Notes: generated from the sequence alone by a model not told the origin. A DNA stretch of 64,000 nt from an uncultured Methanosarcinales archaeon (GCA_963843555.1 CAWJKV010000003.1:32001-96000), one strand, 5' to 3'. Numbered from the stretch's first letter, positions 38,596 to 50,320 are shown. Numbers and translations: made by a program.

Positions 38596-39710
38596 TCACC
38601 AGAACTCTTTCATACTTGTCGCAATATTTCTCCAGTCGTACTTCTCGGCCAGGGACCTGTATCTCTTTTCATCAAGTCTTGCGCCCAGCATTATCTTCAC
38701 CTGCGCGATGAAGCTCTCCACATCATCATAATAGTAGATCTCATCTCCCAGCAGCCTCTCCAGGGCGATCATGCGGCTGGAGAGAACCGGCCGGCCGCAG
38801 GCCAGGTAATTGAAGACCTTGCCCCCGGCTGCGTACTCGTTCTTCTTCATCATCTTCAGAGGATTGAGACCGATGTCCATGGCACTGATGTACCGGGAGA
38901 GCTCGGTGTACTTCACAGCACCTGTAAAGATAACCCTGTCTGCCACTCCCAGATCTTCCGCCATCTTCTTTATCGTGCTTCCGTAATCGGTGAATAGCCC
39001 TGGCCCCACTACGAGCAGAGTTGCATCGAGGCTCGGCATCGCCTGCACTACCGTTTCCAGGTCCACCCAGTGCTCCAGAGAGCCGACGTAGCCTAGAACC
39101 ACACCCGTCAGGCCCAGGGAGTTCTTGGCCTCCTCCATGGGCATGGGCATAAGCACCTTGGTATCCACGCCGTTGGGAATCACAGTTATGTCTTTTACTC
39201 CCAGGTCTCCTGCAAAAATTGAGATAGCTCTCTGGGTGACGGTTATGACGGAGCGGGCATGGCGGAGATTGTATCTGGTGATGGAGCTTACTACCCTTCT
39301 TGACGATCTCTCCCAAGGCCGATCCGGGATAGTAGATAGATGCCGATTCTTCCAGGTGATCCAGATAGTCGAAGACCACAGGAACGCCTGCGAAGTTGGC
39401 GGCAAAGGAAGGCAGAATGTTGGTGGAGAGGATGACGTCTATATTCAGGCTCTTCGCCACATTCCTGATCTTCCACAAGTGGTATGGAAAGTTCAAAAGA
39501 TAATAAGAGCGACGGATCATCGAATGCGATCCAGCTCGCGTCTACAAGGCGGCACTTCGTCGTTCTGGCCTCCAGATTCCGGAACCTCTTCAAGCCGAAG
39601 TGCAGTACATATACATCGTGCTCTTCTGCCAGAGTGTCGAAGATGAAGTTGAGCCGGTTGGGAACAGGATGTCTTATCCAGTCCGTAGTCGGTATTACCA
39701 GTATCTTCAT
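38596..39710 (-). CDS. glycosyltransferase family 4; frameshifted
   Basis: MKILVIPTTDW..HP, VIPNGVD, GYVGSLEHW, KVFNYLACGRPV across three fragments. Confidence 0.8.
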
Positions 39711-39896
39711 CTTACCTTTTATCTCGCCTGAATGCATTGTCTCGCCCTGGGGTTATTCGGGCTTCTATAAAAACTTGGGCTTTTTTGATATGCTTATCCG
39801 GTCTTTAGTATGCTCCTTTCATATTTTTTATGAATCCTTGACCGAAAAGATATAAAGCATAGTTCGTTCCATGTATTTGTTTAAGTTATCCTGGCT

Positions 39897-41099
39897 GTGA
39901 TAGATTTGAAGGGAGTCATATTGGCGGCAGGAGAAGGCCGCAGGTGCAGGCCGCTTACCCAGACCAGATCCAAGGTCATGCTGCCCGTAGGTAACCGGCC
40001 TTTCATGGAACATGTCATCCTGGCGTTGGCCGCAAATGGCATTCGAGACCTCTTACGTGGTGGTAGGCTACCAGAAAGAGAGGGTCATGGACCACTTCGA
40101 GGATGGGATCGATTTTGGCGTAAATATCACTTACATCGAGCAGAATGAGCTCCTGGGAACGGCTCATGCCCTGCGCAAAGCTGAGCCATACGTAGATGAG
40201 GAGTTTCTGGTGGTCAATGGAGACAACCTTATAGACAGCAGGGCGATCAAGGAGCTGATCTCGGCGAAGGGAGATAACGTGATCTTAGCCGCTCTTCGCC
40301 AGCACACGGGCGACTATGGTGTTCTGATGGTGGAGCAGCAGCGGGTAAAGGCAATAATCGAGAAGCCGGGAGGCCTTGCGGAGGAATCCTCAATACAGGA
40401 GCCTATAAATTCAGCCCGGCCATCTTCGAAGATCTCTCCAGAACGCCCATCTCAGAGACGCGGTTCTTATGAGCTCACCGAAACCATATCGCAGATGATC
40501 AAAGACGGCAAGGAGATTGTGCCCTTGATCAGCAAGGGCATATGGGCGGATGCCATATTTGCCTGGGATCTGCTCAATGCCAACAGCCTGGCTTTGAGCA
40601 TAAAAGACACGAAGATCTCGGGTGAGGTCGAAGAAGGTGCCAGATTGCAAGGGTCCCGGTGGAGGTCGGAGAGGGCAGCATTGTTCGCTCCGGATCTTAT
40701 CTGGTGGGCCCGGTCTCCATCGGCGAGGACTGCGATATCGGTCCCAACGCCGTCATCCTTCCGTCCACATCTGTGGGGGACTCGGCAAGGATTGGCGGCA
40801 ATTCCGAGATTCGCAACAGCATAATCATGAACGACACCAGGATCGGCTCAGGAACTATCATATCCGATTCGGTCATTGGAGCAAGCTGCACTCTTGGCGA
40901 CCAACTGGTCGTCGAGACGGGTGCCTCTGTGGTGGAGGTGGAGAAAGCCTTCCAGAGAGCAGAGTTCGGCGCTATCTTTGCCGATGATGTATCGGCAGGG
41001 CAAGAGTCCTGGCAAGTCCGGGAACGGTGGTGGGCACGGGCGCGCAGATCGGCTCAGGAGCCGCGATTCGCGGCTGGATCGATCGAGAGAGCAGGGTGA
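39897..41099 (+). CDS. bifunctional sugar-1-phosphate nucleotidylyltransferase/acetyltransferase (GlmU-like); frameshifted
   Basis: [33 protein letters not shown], hexapeptide repeats. Confidence 0.82.
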
Positions 41100-41107
41100 T
41101 TTGCTAA

Positions 41108-42919
41108 TGTGCGGAATAGTGGCATACATCGGCGACGAATTGGCGGGTCCCATACTCTTTGATACGCTGAAAAGGCTGGAGTATAGGGGTTACGATTCGG
41201 CAGGCATAGCTGTCAAATCCGGTGGGGAGATTGAGGTTCTCAAGTCCGCCGGCCGGATAGCTGATCTGGAAAAGGTCTACAAGAGCCTTGGTTCCCCTGG
41301 AGAGTGCATGGGCATAGGCCATACCCGCTGGGCGACGCACGGCCGGCCAAGCGACCTAAATGCCCATCCTCATACCTCGGGCGAGATCGCCATCGTTCAT
41401 AACGGCATCATTGAGAACTATCTGGATCTGAGAGAACTGCTGACCGAGATGGGGTATGAGTTTCAGTCGGAAACGGACAGCGAGGTTCTGGCACATCTCA
41501 TCCACTTTTATTACCGAGGAGATCTCTATCTGGCCGTCTGCACAGGCCCTGGAGAAGGTGGAAGGCTCCTATGCCGTGGCAGTGCTGGCAGCCAGCTCGC
41601 CCTATCTGGTCTGTGCCCGAAAAGAGAGCCCTCTGGTGCTGGGCAAGGGGGAAGACGCGGTCTATGTGGCATCCGATGTTCCTGCGCTTCTTCCTTACAC
41701 CGAAGATGTGATGCGCATGAAGGATGGACGAGATGGCTCGCCTTTATGCGGATCGGGTAGAGCTGATGGATCATGAAGGCTGTGCTCGCACGGCTGATAT
41801 CGAGCACATCACCTGGGATGCCGATGCCGCGGAGAAGGGTGGCTACGCCCACTTCATGCTCAAGGAGATCCATGAGCAGCCGCGGGCCATTCGCGAGACC
41901 ATCGCCGGCCGGATCTCGGAGATAGATGGCGACGTGCGGCTTGATTTGGGAATGAGCGACGAGGAGATTCAGGGGCTGGAGAGGGTGATCATCATCGCCT
42001 GCGGCACATCATACCATGCCGGATTGCTGGCGCGCTACCTCTTTCCTCGTGCGGCAGGCCTGCCTGTTGATGTGGAGGTGGCCAGTCCGAGTTCCAGAAT
42101 CTGTCCGTCCGGCCGCAGGACTTTGGTCGTGGGCATCACCCAGTCTGGAGAGACCGCCGATACCTTGCTCTGCCCTGAAGAAGGCCAAGACCTGCGGCGG
42201 GCGCAGCCTGGCTATTACCAACGTCGTCGGATCAACGGTGACGGAGCTGGTGGATGGCACCATCTATACTCGCTGCGGGCCGGAGATCGGTGTGGCTGCG
42301 ACCAAGACCTTCACATCTCAAGTGGTGGCGATCATTCTGCTGGCCGTACGCCTGGGCCGGGCCCGCGGCCATCTGACGCCGGATCAGGCCAGGAAGATGC
42401 TCATTGAACTGACCAAGCTTCCGGGACTGGTGCAGAGGGTCCTGGAGAAGAGGGAAGGGATCGAGAAGATCGCCGAGCAGTTTGCGGGATGCCAGCTGCT
42501 ACTTCTTCATCGGTCGGGACTACCTTTATCCCATCTCCCTGGAAGGCGCTCTGAAGATGAAGGAGATCGCCTACATTCCCTGCGAGGGCTATGCAGGCGG
42601 CGAGCTGAAGCACGGGCCACTGGCGTTGATAACGGACAAGACGCCAGTGGTGGCCCTGGCCACCTGCGGCGAGAAGATCCAGTCCAATATCAAAGAGGTC
42701 AGAGCCCGGGGAGCAGAGGTCATAGCTCGTGGCCACAGAGGGCGACGCGGATATCGGCAAGGTGGCCAAGCAGGTGATCGAGGTGCCCGGACTATGCCCA
42801 TCTTCTCAGCCGTTCTCTGCACGGTGGTGGTTCAGCTTCTGGCTTATTATACGGCCAACAAGCTCGGCCTGCCCATCGATAAGCCCAGGAACCTGGCCAA
42901 GTGCGTGACTGTGGAGTGA
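41108..42919 (+). CDS. glmS: glutamine-fructose-6-phosphate transaminase; several frameshifts
   Basis: [73 protein letters not shown]. Confidence 0.93.
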
Positions 42920-42947
42920 AGGGCTCTGCTAACCTTTTGGATGCAAC

Positions 42948-43943
42948 TCAGAGGCTCTCGTAAACCTCTCGGATGATCTTATCGTTCATCTCCCAGAACC
43001 TGTAATCCTCCGGGACCAGCCGCTCGGGCTCTCGCATGAGATTTTCACGTACCGCATTGACAAGTTCTCTTGCCCTCACAACCACCAGGTTCTTTCTTTT
43101 CTCCTCCATGGTCACGCCTGAGGCTACCACAATCTTTCCCAGTGCCAGGTACTCATTGAGCTTCCAGACGCTCTTGTCTGTGGAGTAGGGCGTGAGGGCG
43201 TTTTCTTCCCTGGGTATCAGGCAGAGACGGGCCTTATTCAGCAGAGCTGCTATACTCTCATGGGGCTGCCAGCCCAAATTCTTCACATTATCGGGCTTTC
43301 TCCAGAGATACCACCTGGCAAGAGGCCCACCACCAACTATCCAGAACTCCTGGTCGGGTATGGAACGCGCCACATCCAAGAGCTTTCCAATTCCCTCCTG
43401 GGTGCAGATCCTTCCTATGAAGATTATCGGCTCTCTTCCGGGTGTAACCGCCCATTCCGGACTATCAAGCTCCAGGGACCCTTTGGCAAAGGAGCTATAA
43501 GGATAGTTGGGAATAACGTGCACCTCTTTTTCAGGCGCATATTCTTGCACCTTCCTGCCTAAAGGCGCATTTACCGTGGTGATGATGTCAGCGTTCTTTG
43601 CCAGTTCTTTCTCGAAATGCTCCGCGAATATCATGCCTGGTTTGCCGAAGGTTTGCGCAAACTCGACGCCCCAGGGCGACCTGTAGTCATAGATGAGCTT
43701 TCTGAAGCCTTCCCCCCTCAGACCTGCGAAGCCGTGATAGATCGCATCCGGTACATTGAAGATGTGAACTACATCAGGTTTTTTCTCTCTGGCGATCTTT
43801 TTCGCCATCCCCGCAATTTTGATCCAATTTTTGGTGCCAAAGTTGGGAATTATCACTTCATGTCCCTGGGACTTCAGAGTGCCTCCGAACATCTTCAGCC
43901 GCGTGGTTCTTTCTGGCTGATTGGCTAAAAGAAGTATCCTCAT
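42948..43943 (-). CDS. glycosyltransferase (GT-B)
   Basis: PDVVHIFN, LIYDYR, VIPNYP, FIGRI, KLNEYLALGK. Confidence 0.78.
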   Translation of the reverse strand: MRILLLANQPERTTRLKMFGGTLKSQGHEVIIPNFGTKNWIKIAGMAKKIAREKKPDVVHIFNVPDAIYHGFAGLRGEGFRKLIYDYRSPWGVEFAQTFGKPGMIFAEHFEKELAKNADIITTVNAPLGRKVQEYAPEKEVHVIPNYPYSSFAKGSLELDSPEWAVTPGREPIIFIGRICTQEGIGKLLDVARSIPDQEFWIVGGGPLARWYLWRKPDNVKNLGWQPHESIAALLNKARLCLIPREENALTPYSTDKSVWKLNEYLALGKIVVASGVTMEEKRKNLVVVRARELVNAVRENLMREPERLVPEDYRFWEMNDKIIREVYESL

Positions 43944-43952
43944 GATTTCACT

Positions 43953-45029
43953 CTAATCAAGCGAACCACAAACCAGCTTTTCAATCAGTTCTGCGGTCTT
44001 GATGCTTGCGTCTCCAACGCCGAATGCATCATGACGCTCTTGGCCTGGCTCAAAATGTCTGGCCATCTGAACTATCTTCTCTCTGCTCGAGCCCACAAGC
44101 ACATTCCATCCGTCCGCCACTGTCTCTACCCATTCCGTCTCATCTCTGAGGGTGATGCAAGGGACCCCGAGCAGATAAGCCTCTTTCTGTACGCCCCCCG
44201 AATCGGTAAGAATCTTTTTAGCATTCTTCTCCAGATTGAGCATATCAAGATAGCCCACAGGCTTGATGACTCTGCTGCTCCTGTTCAGGTCATCCCAGAG
44301 CCCGAAATTTCTAAGATATTTCTCTGCACGTGGATGGCAGGGGAAGACTATATCCTCCAGCTCTCCCAACGCCTCTACAATTCCCCTGAGCTTATCAGGG
44401 TCGTCGGTGTTCGACGCTCTATGGATCGTTGCCAGATAGTACTTTTTGGGCTCTATGCCCAGATCCATCAGGATGCGCGATTTATTCTCGGCTACTTTTG
44501 CGCAATCTCTTTGCGCGTCCACCATGACATCTCCTGTCAGGTAAACATTCTTTTCAATGCCCTCTATCTTCAGGTTCTCCACGGCGGTCTTTGTCGGGCA
44601 GAGCAGCAGGTCAGAGCAATGGTCCACAAGCACTCGGTTTATCTCCTCGGGCATGCTTTTGTCATAGGATCTGAGGCCTGCTTCGACGTGAGCTACATTG
44701 ATATGCAGCTTCGCCGCCGCAAGCGCTCCGGCCAATGTGGAGTTGGTGTCGCCAAAGACCAAGACCACATCAGGCTTCTCCAACATTATGACCTCTTCCA
44801 CCTTCTTCAGCATCTCACCGGTCTGGTGGCCGTGGCTTCCCGACCCAATGCCCAGATGATAGTCGGGAGCCGGTATACCCAGGTCATCGAAGAAGATCTT
44901 ATCCATTTCATAATTATAGTGCTGACCGGTATGAATTATTACCTCATCGAACCGTCTTCGCATCTCTCTTGACACGGGAGCAAGCTTGACGAAATTCGGC
45001 CGGGCGCCAACGATAGATGCCACCTTCAT
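43953..45029 (-). CDS. non-hydrolysing UDP-HexNAc 2-epimerase (WecB/WbpI-like)
   Basis: VGARPNFVK, HTGQHY, GDTNSTLA, HVEAGLRS, TDSGGVQKEA. Confidence 0.9.
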   Translation of the reverse strand: MKVASIVGARPNFVKLAPVSREMRRRFDEVIIHTGQHYNYEMDKIFFDDLGIPAPDYHLGIGSGSHGHQTGEMLKKVEEVIMLEKPDVVLVFGDTNSTLAGALAAAKLHINVAHVEAGLRSYDKSMPEEINRVLVDHCSDLLLCPTKTAVENLKIEGIEKNVYLTGDVMVDAQRDCAKVAENKSRILMDLGIEPKKYYLATIHRASNTDDPDKLRGIVEALGELEDIVFPCHPRAEKYLRNFGLWDDLNRSSRVIKPVGYLDMLNLEKNAKKILTDSGGVQKEAYLLGVPCITLRDETEWVETVADGWNVLVGSSREKIVQMARHFEPGQERHDAFGVGDASIKTAELIEKLVCGSLD

Positions 45030-46237
45030 CGAAGCTCTCCATATCCTTCAGTTTGGCCTGATGCCTCAAACTTCAACTCAAAAGGATCAAAAACCAGATC
45101 TGCATCATCTGGATTGAGATACCTCTGGCCTTTGCCGCGAACCTCTTCTTCGGAGAGGATGGGATCGGCGACGTAGACGTCTAGGCCTTTATCTGCTAGC
45201 AGCTTGGCCAGAGCCAGGTTGCGGCTGTGATAGAACTCTTTTACTCCCGCCCGGAAGGTAATTCCCTTGATGCAGATCTTAACCCGAGAGAGTGGTTTGT
45301 CGAATTTCATACATTCCAGCAATATTTTCTCAGACCAGTACTGAATCATCTCATCATTGACAAGTCTAGAGGTATGCAGCAAACGACATTTATCGAAATG
45401 CTCGCGCATCTCCATCTCTTTTATGAGGAACCAGGGGTAGACGGGAATGCAGTGGCCGCCTACTCCAGTAGAGGGCAGATGAATGTTGCAGAACTGATGG
45501 TTGGCATACTCCCTGGCCTCAAAGAAGTCGATCTCCATCTCCTCGCAGATCTTGAAGAGCTCATTGGCCAGAGCGATGTTCACATCTCTATAGCACCCCT
45601 CCATCACCTTGATCATCTCGGCCGTTTTGGCCGATGAGACCAGATGGAGGTTGGGGATGAATTGTTTGTAGACCTGATAGGCTAAGAGACCGCTCTCTTC
45701 GTCTGTACCGCCTATCACTTTGGGGAATTGCCTGAGCCGTGAGATGCTGTATCCGGTCATTATCCTCTCCGGAGAATAGGCCAGGAAGAAGTCGCCCTGT
45801 TTTAGGCCGCTCGATTCGCATAGCCAGAGCCTCACTTTATCATCGGTCGTTCCTGGTGGAAAGGTGGTCTCCAGCACAACCAGATCTCCCTTCTTCAAGA
45901 TCTGGCCCAAGGACCGCAGGGCCTCTTCCATGATTGAGAAATCTGGGCTGAATCTCTGGTCCACAAAGAGAGGTACGATCACTATGAAGTTCTTACAGAG
46001 TCCGGCATCTATGAAGCGTGATGTGGCGACGAGCCTCTCTCCCCCGTATTGCCTTATCAGCTCTTCTAAACCCTCTTCCTGAGGGATGGGGTTGATCCCC
46101 CGATTTATGAGCTGGCAGCGCTCCTCGTTTATATCAATACCAATGACATTGATGCCGCTGTCGGCAATGACAGCCGCCAGGGGGAGCCCGGCATTGCCCA
46201 GGCCGATCACGGCGATTCTCGCTTTCTCCTCAGACAT
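45026..46237 (-). CDS. nucleotide-sugar 6-dehydrogenase (WbpA/WecC-like)
   Basis: VIGLG..GLP, ETTFPPGTT, YSPER, YRDVNIALANE, GVGGHCIP. Confidence 0.88.
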   Translation of the reverse strand: MSEEKARIAVIGLGNAGLPLAAVIADSGINVIGIDINEERCQLINRGINPIPQEEGLEELIRQYGGERLVATSRFIDAGLCKNFIVIVPLFVDQRFSPDFSIMEEALRSLGQILKKGDLVVLETTFPPGTTDDKVRLWLCESSGLKQGDFFLAYSPERIMTGYSISRLRQFPKVIGGTDEESGLLAYQVYKQFIPNLHLVSSAKTAEMIKVMEGCYRDVNIALANELFKICEEMEIDFFEAREYANHQFCNIHLPSTGVGGHCIPVYPWFLIKEMEMREHFDKCRLLHTSRLVNDEMIQYWSEKILLECMKFDKPLSRVKICIKGITFRAGVKEFYHSRNLALAKLLADKGLDVYVADPILSEEEVRGKGQRYLNPDDADLVFDPFELKFEASGQTEGYGELR

Positions 46238-46273
46238 CTCTATTATCCTTCCTCTCATGCAATTCGTGGGTCT

Positions 46274-46849
46274 TCATTTCGTGATCACGACATCTCTTTC
46301 GCAAGCCGGGCATTTATAAACCATCCTGTCGCTGCCTTCTTGCCAATCTGTCTTCAGACGCCTTCCGCAATAGCAGACCCAACCCTTTTGCCGGCCGGGA
46401 TTGCCCAGGATTAAAGCGTTGGGCGGAACATCTTCGGCCACCAGGCTCCCGGCGCCTATCATCGCATACTCCCCGACAGTTATGCCGCAGACCAGTGTGG
46501 CATTGGCACCGATGCTTGCTCCCTTGGAAATGAGCGTGGGAACAACGTGCTCCTCATCCCAAATAAATGCACGCGGATAGAGGTCGTTGGTGAAGGTGGC
46601 TGAAGGACCTACGAAGACGTCGTCCTCAATGGTGACGCCCTTGTAAACGGAGACGAAGTTCTGGATTTTCACATTGTTTCCGATCTCGGCCCCTATATCG
46701 ATATAAACGCTCTTGCCGATAATGCAGTTCTTGCCAATTTTCGAGCCCTGGCGCACGTGGGCAAAGTGCCAGATCTTTGTTCCCTCTCCTATAACCTCGC
46801 TCTCAACGATCGCCGTGGGATGGGCATAATAGCTTTGCTCGATTGTCAT
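46274..46849 (-). CDS. hexapeptide N-acetyltransferase (WbpD-like)
   Basis: HPTA, TKIWHFAHV, KIQN.VSVY, FTNDLYPR, GASIGANAT, GNP, terminal CYCG...CPAC. Confidence 0.88.
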   Translation of the reverse strand: MTIEQSYYAHPTAIVESEVIGEGTKIWHFAHVRQGSKIGKNCIIGKSVYIDIGAEIGNNVKIQNFVSVYKGVTIEDDVFVGPSATFTNDLYPRAFIWDEEHVVPTLISKGASIGANATLVCGITVGEYAMIGAGSLVAEDVPPNALILGNPGRQKGWVCYCGRRLKTDWQEGSDRMVYKCPACERDVVITK

Positions 46850-46890
46850 CTTCGGTCCCTTCTCAATCCGGGGTCCTTCCCATTCTAAAT

Positions 46891-47811
46891 TCACGACCCC
46901 AACCGCAATCCCTGCTTAATCTTTTCGCAGATTTCAAGATTATTCAGGGCCTCTCTGGGTGTGACAGGGAAGCTCTTGCCGGATCTCGCGCAGTCTAAGA
47001 AAGTCTTCAGCTCAACCTTAAGAGGCTCCACCTTATTGACCAGAACCTTTTCGATGATGTTCTCTTGCAGGTATCGCTCATTTTCTACACCGTACTTCCC
47101 CGGCTTTCGGTAAATGTAGACCTCCTGGGTCATGAAGTCGCCCTCTGTCGTAAAGTCCTCGGCCTCGACATAAAAGGTCCGGAACTTTTTGGAGGAGAGC
47201 CGACTGGCGGAGATGGAGACGACAGAGTCGCGAAAGACCACCATGGCCTCGCAGACGTTGCGGCTACCGGCAGAGTAGATCTTATATTCATTTTCGCCCT
47301 TGAAGAGGACATTGAAGACGATGTCAATGTCGTGGATCATGAGATCCTCCACCACCGAGGCATCTGTGATGCGGCTTGAGGTGGGATTATGCCGTTTTAT
47401 GGATACGTAATCCGGCCGCTCGGCGATCTTCTTGATCTCCTCCACAATGGGGTTGAACCTCTCGATGTGGCCCACCCCCACAACTATGTCGGTAGCATCG
47501 ACAAGTTCCAGAAGCCTGGCTCCCTCCTCCACCGTCAAGGTGATAGGCTTCTCAATCAGGCAGTCTGTGCCGGAGCTGATGACCTTTTTGGCCGTATCAT
47601 AGTGAAACCTGGTGGGCACACAGATGCTGACTGCCTGGGCATGGTCCAAGAGCTCTTCCTGAGAGCTGCAGATCGTGGCAAACTCCTTCATGCGCTCTGC
47701 ATTTTCGGGAACCGGATCATAGACATACACCGTGTCCACTCCTTTCAGCTCTGAGTAGACGCGCACGTGATTACGGCCCATGACCCCGACGCCGATGACT
47801 CCTACGTCCAT
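46891..47811 (-). CDS. Gfo/Idh/MocA oxidoreductase (WbpB-like)
   Basis: GVIGVGVMG.NH.R, IEKP, VGHIERFNP, DLMIHDID. Confidence 0.85.
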   Translation of the reverse strand: MDVGVIGVGVMGRNHVRVYSELKGVDTVYVYDPVPENAERMKEFATICSSQEELLDHAQAVSICVPTRFHYDTAKKVISSGTDCLIEKPITLTVEEGARLLELVDATDIVVGVGHIERFNPIVEEIKKIAERPDYVSIKRHNPTSSRITDASVVEDLMIHDIDIVFNVLFKGENEYKIYSAGSRNVCEAMVVFRDSVVSISASRLSSKKFRTFYVEAEDFTTEGDFMTQEVYIYRKPGKYGVENERYLQENIIEKVLVNKVEPLKVELKTFLDCARSGKSFPVTPREALNNLEICEKIKQGLRLGS

Positions 47812-47813
47812 GC

Positions 47814-48914
47814 TCAGGCCTCGAAGCTATTCAGTGTCTCGGCGATATACATGAGATCCGACTGGCTGAGGGACGGATGCACAGGCAGGCTCATCACCCG
47901 GCGGGAGACGTCTTCGGATACAGGGCAACTTCCATTGCCATAGCCCAATTCCCGGTAGAGGGGCTGCTCGTAAACCGCTTTCGGATAATGGACGGCCGAT
48001 GCAATTCCTCTGGCTTGCAGGAACTCCATCAGCTTCTCTCTGGTAACAGGGAAGCTATCCTCCACGCGAAGGACATACTGATTGTAGGCGTGCCGCACAT
48101 TGCTCGCCTTGTAAGGAGTGGTTAAGCCTTTGATCTTGATATTTTGGTTGAGCTGTCCGGCATTACTGATCCTCTTGGCGATGAAACCCTCCAGCCGCTT
48201 GAGCTGCAAGAGACCAATGGCCCCCTGCAGGTTCATCATCCTGTAGTTATAGCCGAGAGCGACGTGGTTGTATTTTCCCGTGTCTCCGTGATTACGCATC
48301 AGGCGCAGACGCGCTGCCAGAGCATCATCATTGGTGGTGATCATGCCTCCCTCGCCTGTAGTCATGTTTTTAGTGGGATAGAAAGAGAAGCAACCTGTGC
48401 CGAAAGAGCCCACCTTCTTCCCATCGAACTCGGCACCATGAGCCTGGGCGCAGTCTTCTATGAGAGCAATATTATGATCCTCACAGATCTGTACTACCGC
48501 TTTGAGGTCGAAGGGCTGGCCGTAGAGGTGAACGCCGATAATGGCTCGCGTCCGGGGTGTTATCTTCTCTTGCAGGTCATCGGGATCGATATTGAAGGTC
48601 CTGGCATCCACATCTGCAAAGACGGGTTTCAAGCCCTGGTACAGGATGCTGTTGGCAGTTGCGATAAATGTGAACGCGGGCGAGATTACCTCGTCGCCAG
48701 GCCGGAGGCCCAATGCCTTCAGAGCAAGATCCAGGGCGACGGTGCCGTTGTTGACGGCGACGGAGTTTTGCACATCCAGGTACTTTGAGAACTCCTCTTC
48801 AAAACGCAAGACTTTCTCGCCCTGGGTGAGCATGCCACTCCTCAGCACCTCTCCCACGGCTTCGACTTCTTCTTCGCCTATGATGGGCTTGGCTATGGAA
48901 ATAAAATCTCTCAT
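47814..48914 (-). CDS. DegT/DnrJ aminotransferase (WbpE-like)
   Basis: NGT.AL, FTFIATAN, VHLYGQ, IEDCAQAHGA, SFYPTKNMTTGEGG, GYNYRM. Confidence 0.9.
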   Translation of the reverse strand: MRDFISIAKPIIGEEEVEAVGEVLRSGMLTQGEKVLRFEEEFSKYLDVQNSVAVNNGTVALDLALKALGLRPGDEVISPAFTFIATANSILYQGLKPVFADVDARTFNIDPDDLQEKITPRTRAIIGVHLYGQPFDLKAVVQICEDHNIALIEDCAQAHGAEFDGKKVGSFGTGCFSFYPTKNMTTGEGGMITTNDDALAARLRLMRNHGDTGKYNHVALGYNYRMMNLQGAIGLLQLKRLEGFIAKRISNAGQLNQNIKIKGLTTPYKASNVRHAYNQYVLRVEDSFPVTREKLMEFLQARGIASAVHYPKAVYEQPLYRELGYGNGSCPVSEDVSRRVMSLPVHPSLSQSDLMYIAETLNSFEA

Positions 48915-48984
48915 CAAGATCTCCTTTCAACCTTGAATCTCTTCATTTCAATTCTATGCTCATCCTCTGCCTTGAAAAGGCTTG

Positions 48985-50226
48985 TTATGTCTGCGAACAA
49001 GAACGGAGTAGACTTGATTGGCTCAGCTCTTTCTCTCTGGAAGCAAGGCCCCTGATAATCGCGGCCGGCAGTCCCCAAAAGCCTGACTCGATGACCGTTC
49101 CCGGGTAGATGGTGGTATTGATGCCGGTCTGCACCTCGTCACCCATGATAACCCCCAATTTGCGCCGCATGCTATCCGTCTTCTGACCTTTGATGTACGA
49201 CTTTATGGTGCCTTTGTCGTGGCGCAGATTGGAGCAGACGGTTCCTGCACCGAAGTTGCATCTCTCGCCGATGACGCTATCGCCTACGTAGGAAAGGTGG
49301 CCGATCTTGGTGCCATTCATAATGGCGCTATTCTTGACCTCCACTGCGTTTCCCACTCGAACATTGTTGCCTATACACGTCGTGGCCCGGATGTAACAGT
49401 TGGGCCCGATATCGCAATCTTCTCCAATCAGAACCGGACCCGTGATATAGGCTCCAGACCGGACAACCGTTCCCCGGCCAATGGACACATTCCCCGATAG
49501 CGTTGCTCCGGGCTCAACCTCTCCAGCAATTTGAGGCGCAACTTCCGGGAGCAGACGCTCATTGGCGGACAGGATGTCCCAGGGCCGGCCGATCTCCAGC
49601 CAGCTCTTGAGCTCTATTATCCTGATCGACTCCCTGGCCGCGGCCCTGTTCAGTGCATCGGTCAGCTCGTACTCTCCTCGCTCCGATTTGGGAATAGCTC
49701 GCAGGTCGTCGAAGATTCTTCGCTCAAAGAGATAGATGCCGGCGTTGGCCAGATTGGAGGGAGGGTTATCGCTCTTCTCCACCACGGATTGAAAAATGCC
49801 CTTCTCCTGCACATAGACGCCGTATCTCTTCGGATCATCGACTTTGATGGCCGAGACCGACGTGCCTCCGGCGGCCATCACCTGCAGGGAGCCGGCATCA
49901 GGGAGGACGTCACCATTTAAAACCATGAATCGATCCTCTGCCTGGCTTTCCGCTGCCATCAGAGCATGGCCTGTGCCCAGGCGCTCCTCCTGGACGGCGT
50001 AGTCTACCTTCACGCCAAGGCGGCTTCCATCTCCAAAGTGGGATCGCACTGAGTCGGCCTCATATCCCACTACCAATACGAAGCTGTCCAGGCCCGCCTC
50101 CCGAGCCCTGAGGATTATATGCTCCAGAAGAGGTCTGCCGGCCACAGGCAGCATTACTTTAGGCATCTTCGCGGTCAAAGGCCGCATCCTGCTGCCTTCG
50201 CCTGCCGCCAGAACTATAGCTTGCAT
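48985..50226 (-). CDS. glmU: archaeal bifunctional GlmU
   Basis: LAAGEGSRMRPLT...PKVMLP, EK, NAGIY, SERGEYELTD, HLSYVGDSVIG, NFGAGT..SNLRHD. Confidence 0.9.
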   Translation of the reverse strand: MQAIVLAAGEGSRMRPLTAKMPKVMLPVAGRPLLEHIILRAREAGLDSFVLVVGYEADSVRSHFGDGSRLGVKVDYAVQEERLGTGHALMAAESQAEDRFMVLNGDVLPDAGSLQVMAAGGTSVSAIKVDDPKRYGVYVQEKGIFQSVVEKSDNPPSNLANAGIYLFERRIFDDLRAIPKSERGEYELTDALNRAAARESIRIIELKSWLEIGRPWDILSANERLLPEVAPQIAGEVEPGATLSGNVSIGRGTVVRSGAYITGPVLIGEDCDIGPNCYIRATTCIGNNVRVGNAVEVKNSAIMNGTKIGHLSYVGDSVIGERCNFGAGTVCSNLRHDKGTIKSYIKGQKTDSMRRKLGVIMGDEVQTGINTTIYPGTVIESGFWGLPAAIIRGLASREKELSQSSLLRSCSQT

Positions 50227-50320
50227 TATATCTCCCGTCTGATTGAGGTGCATAAGAGCTTAAAAATGCTTTCGTAAAAAAACCGAAAAGGCTTTAGGGT
50301 TATTTGCCCCAACTACATGC

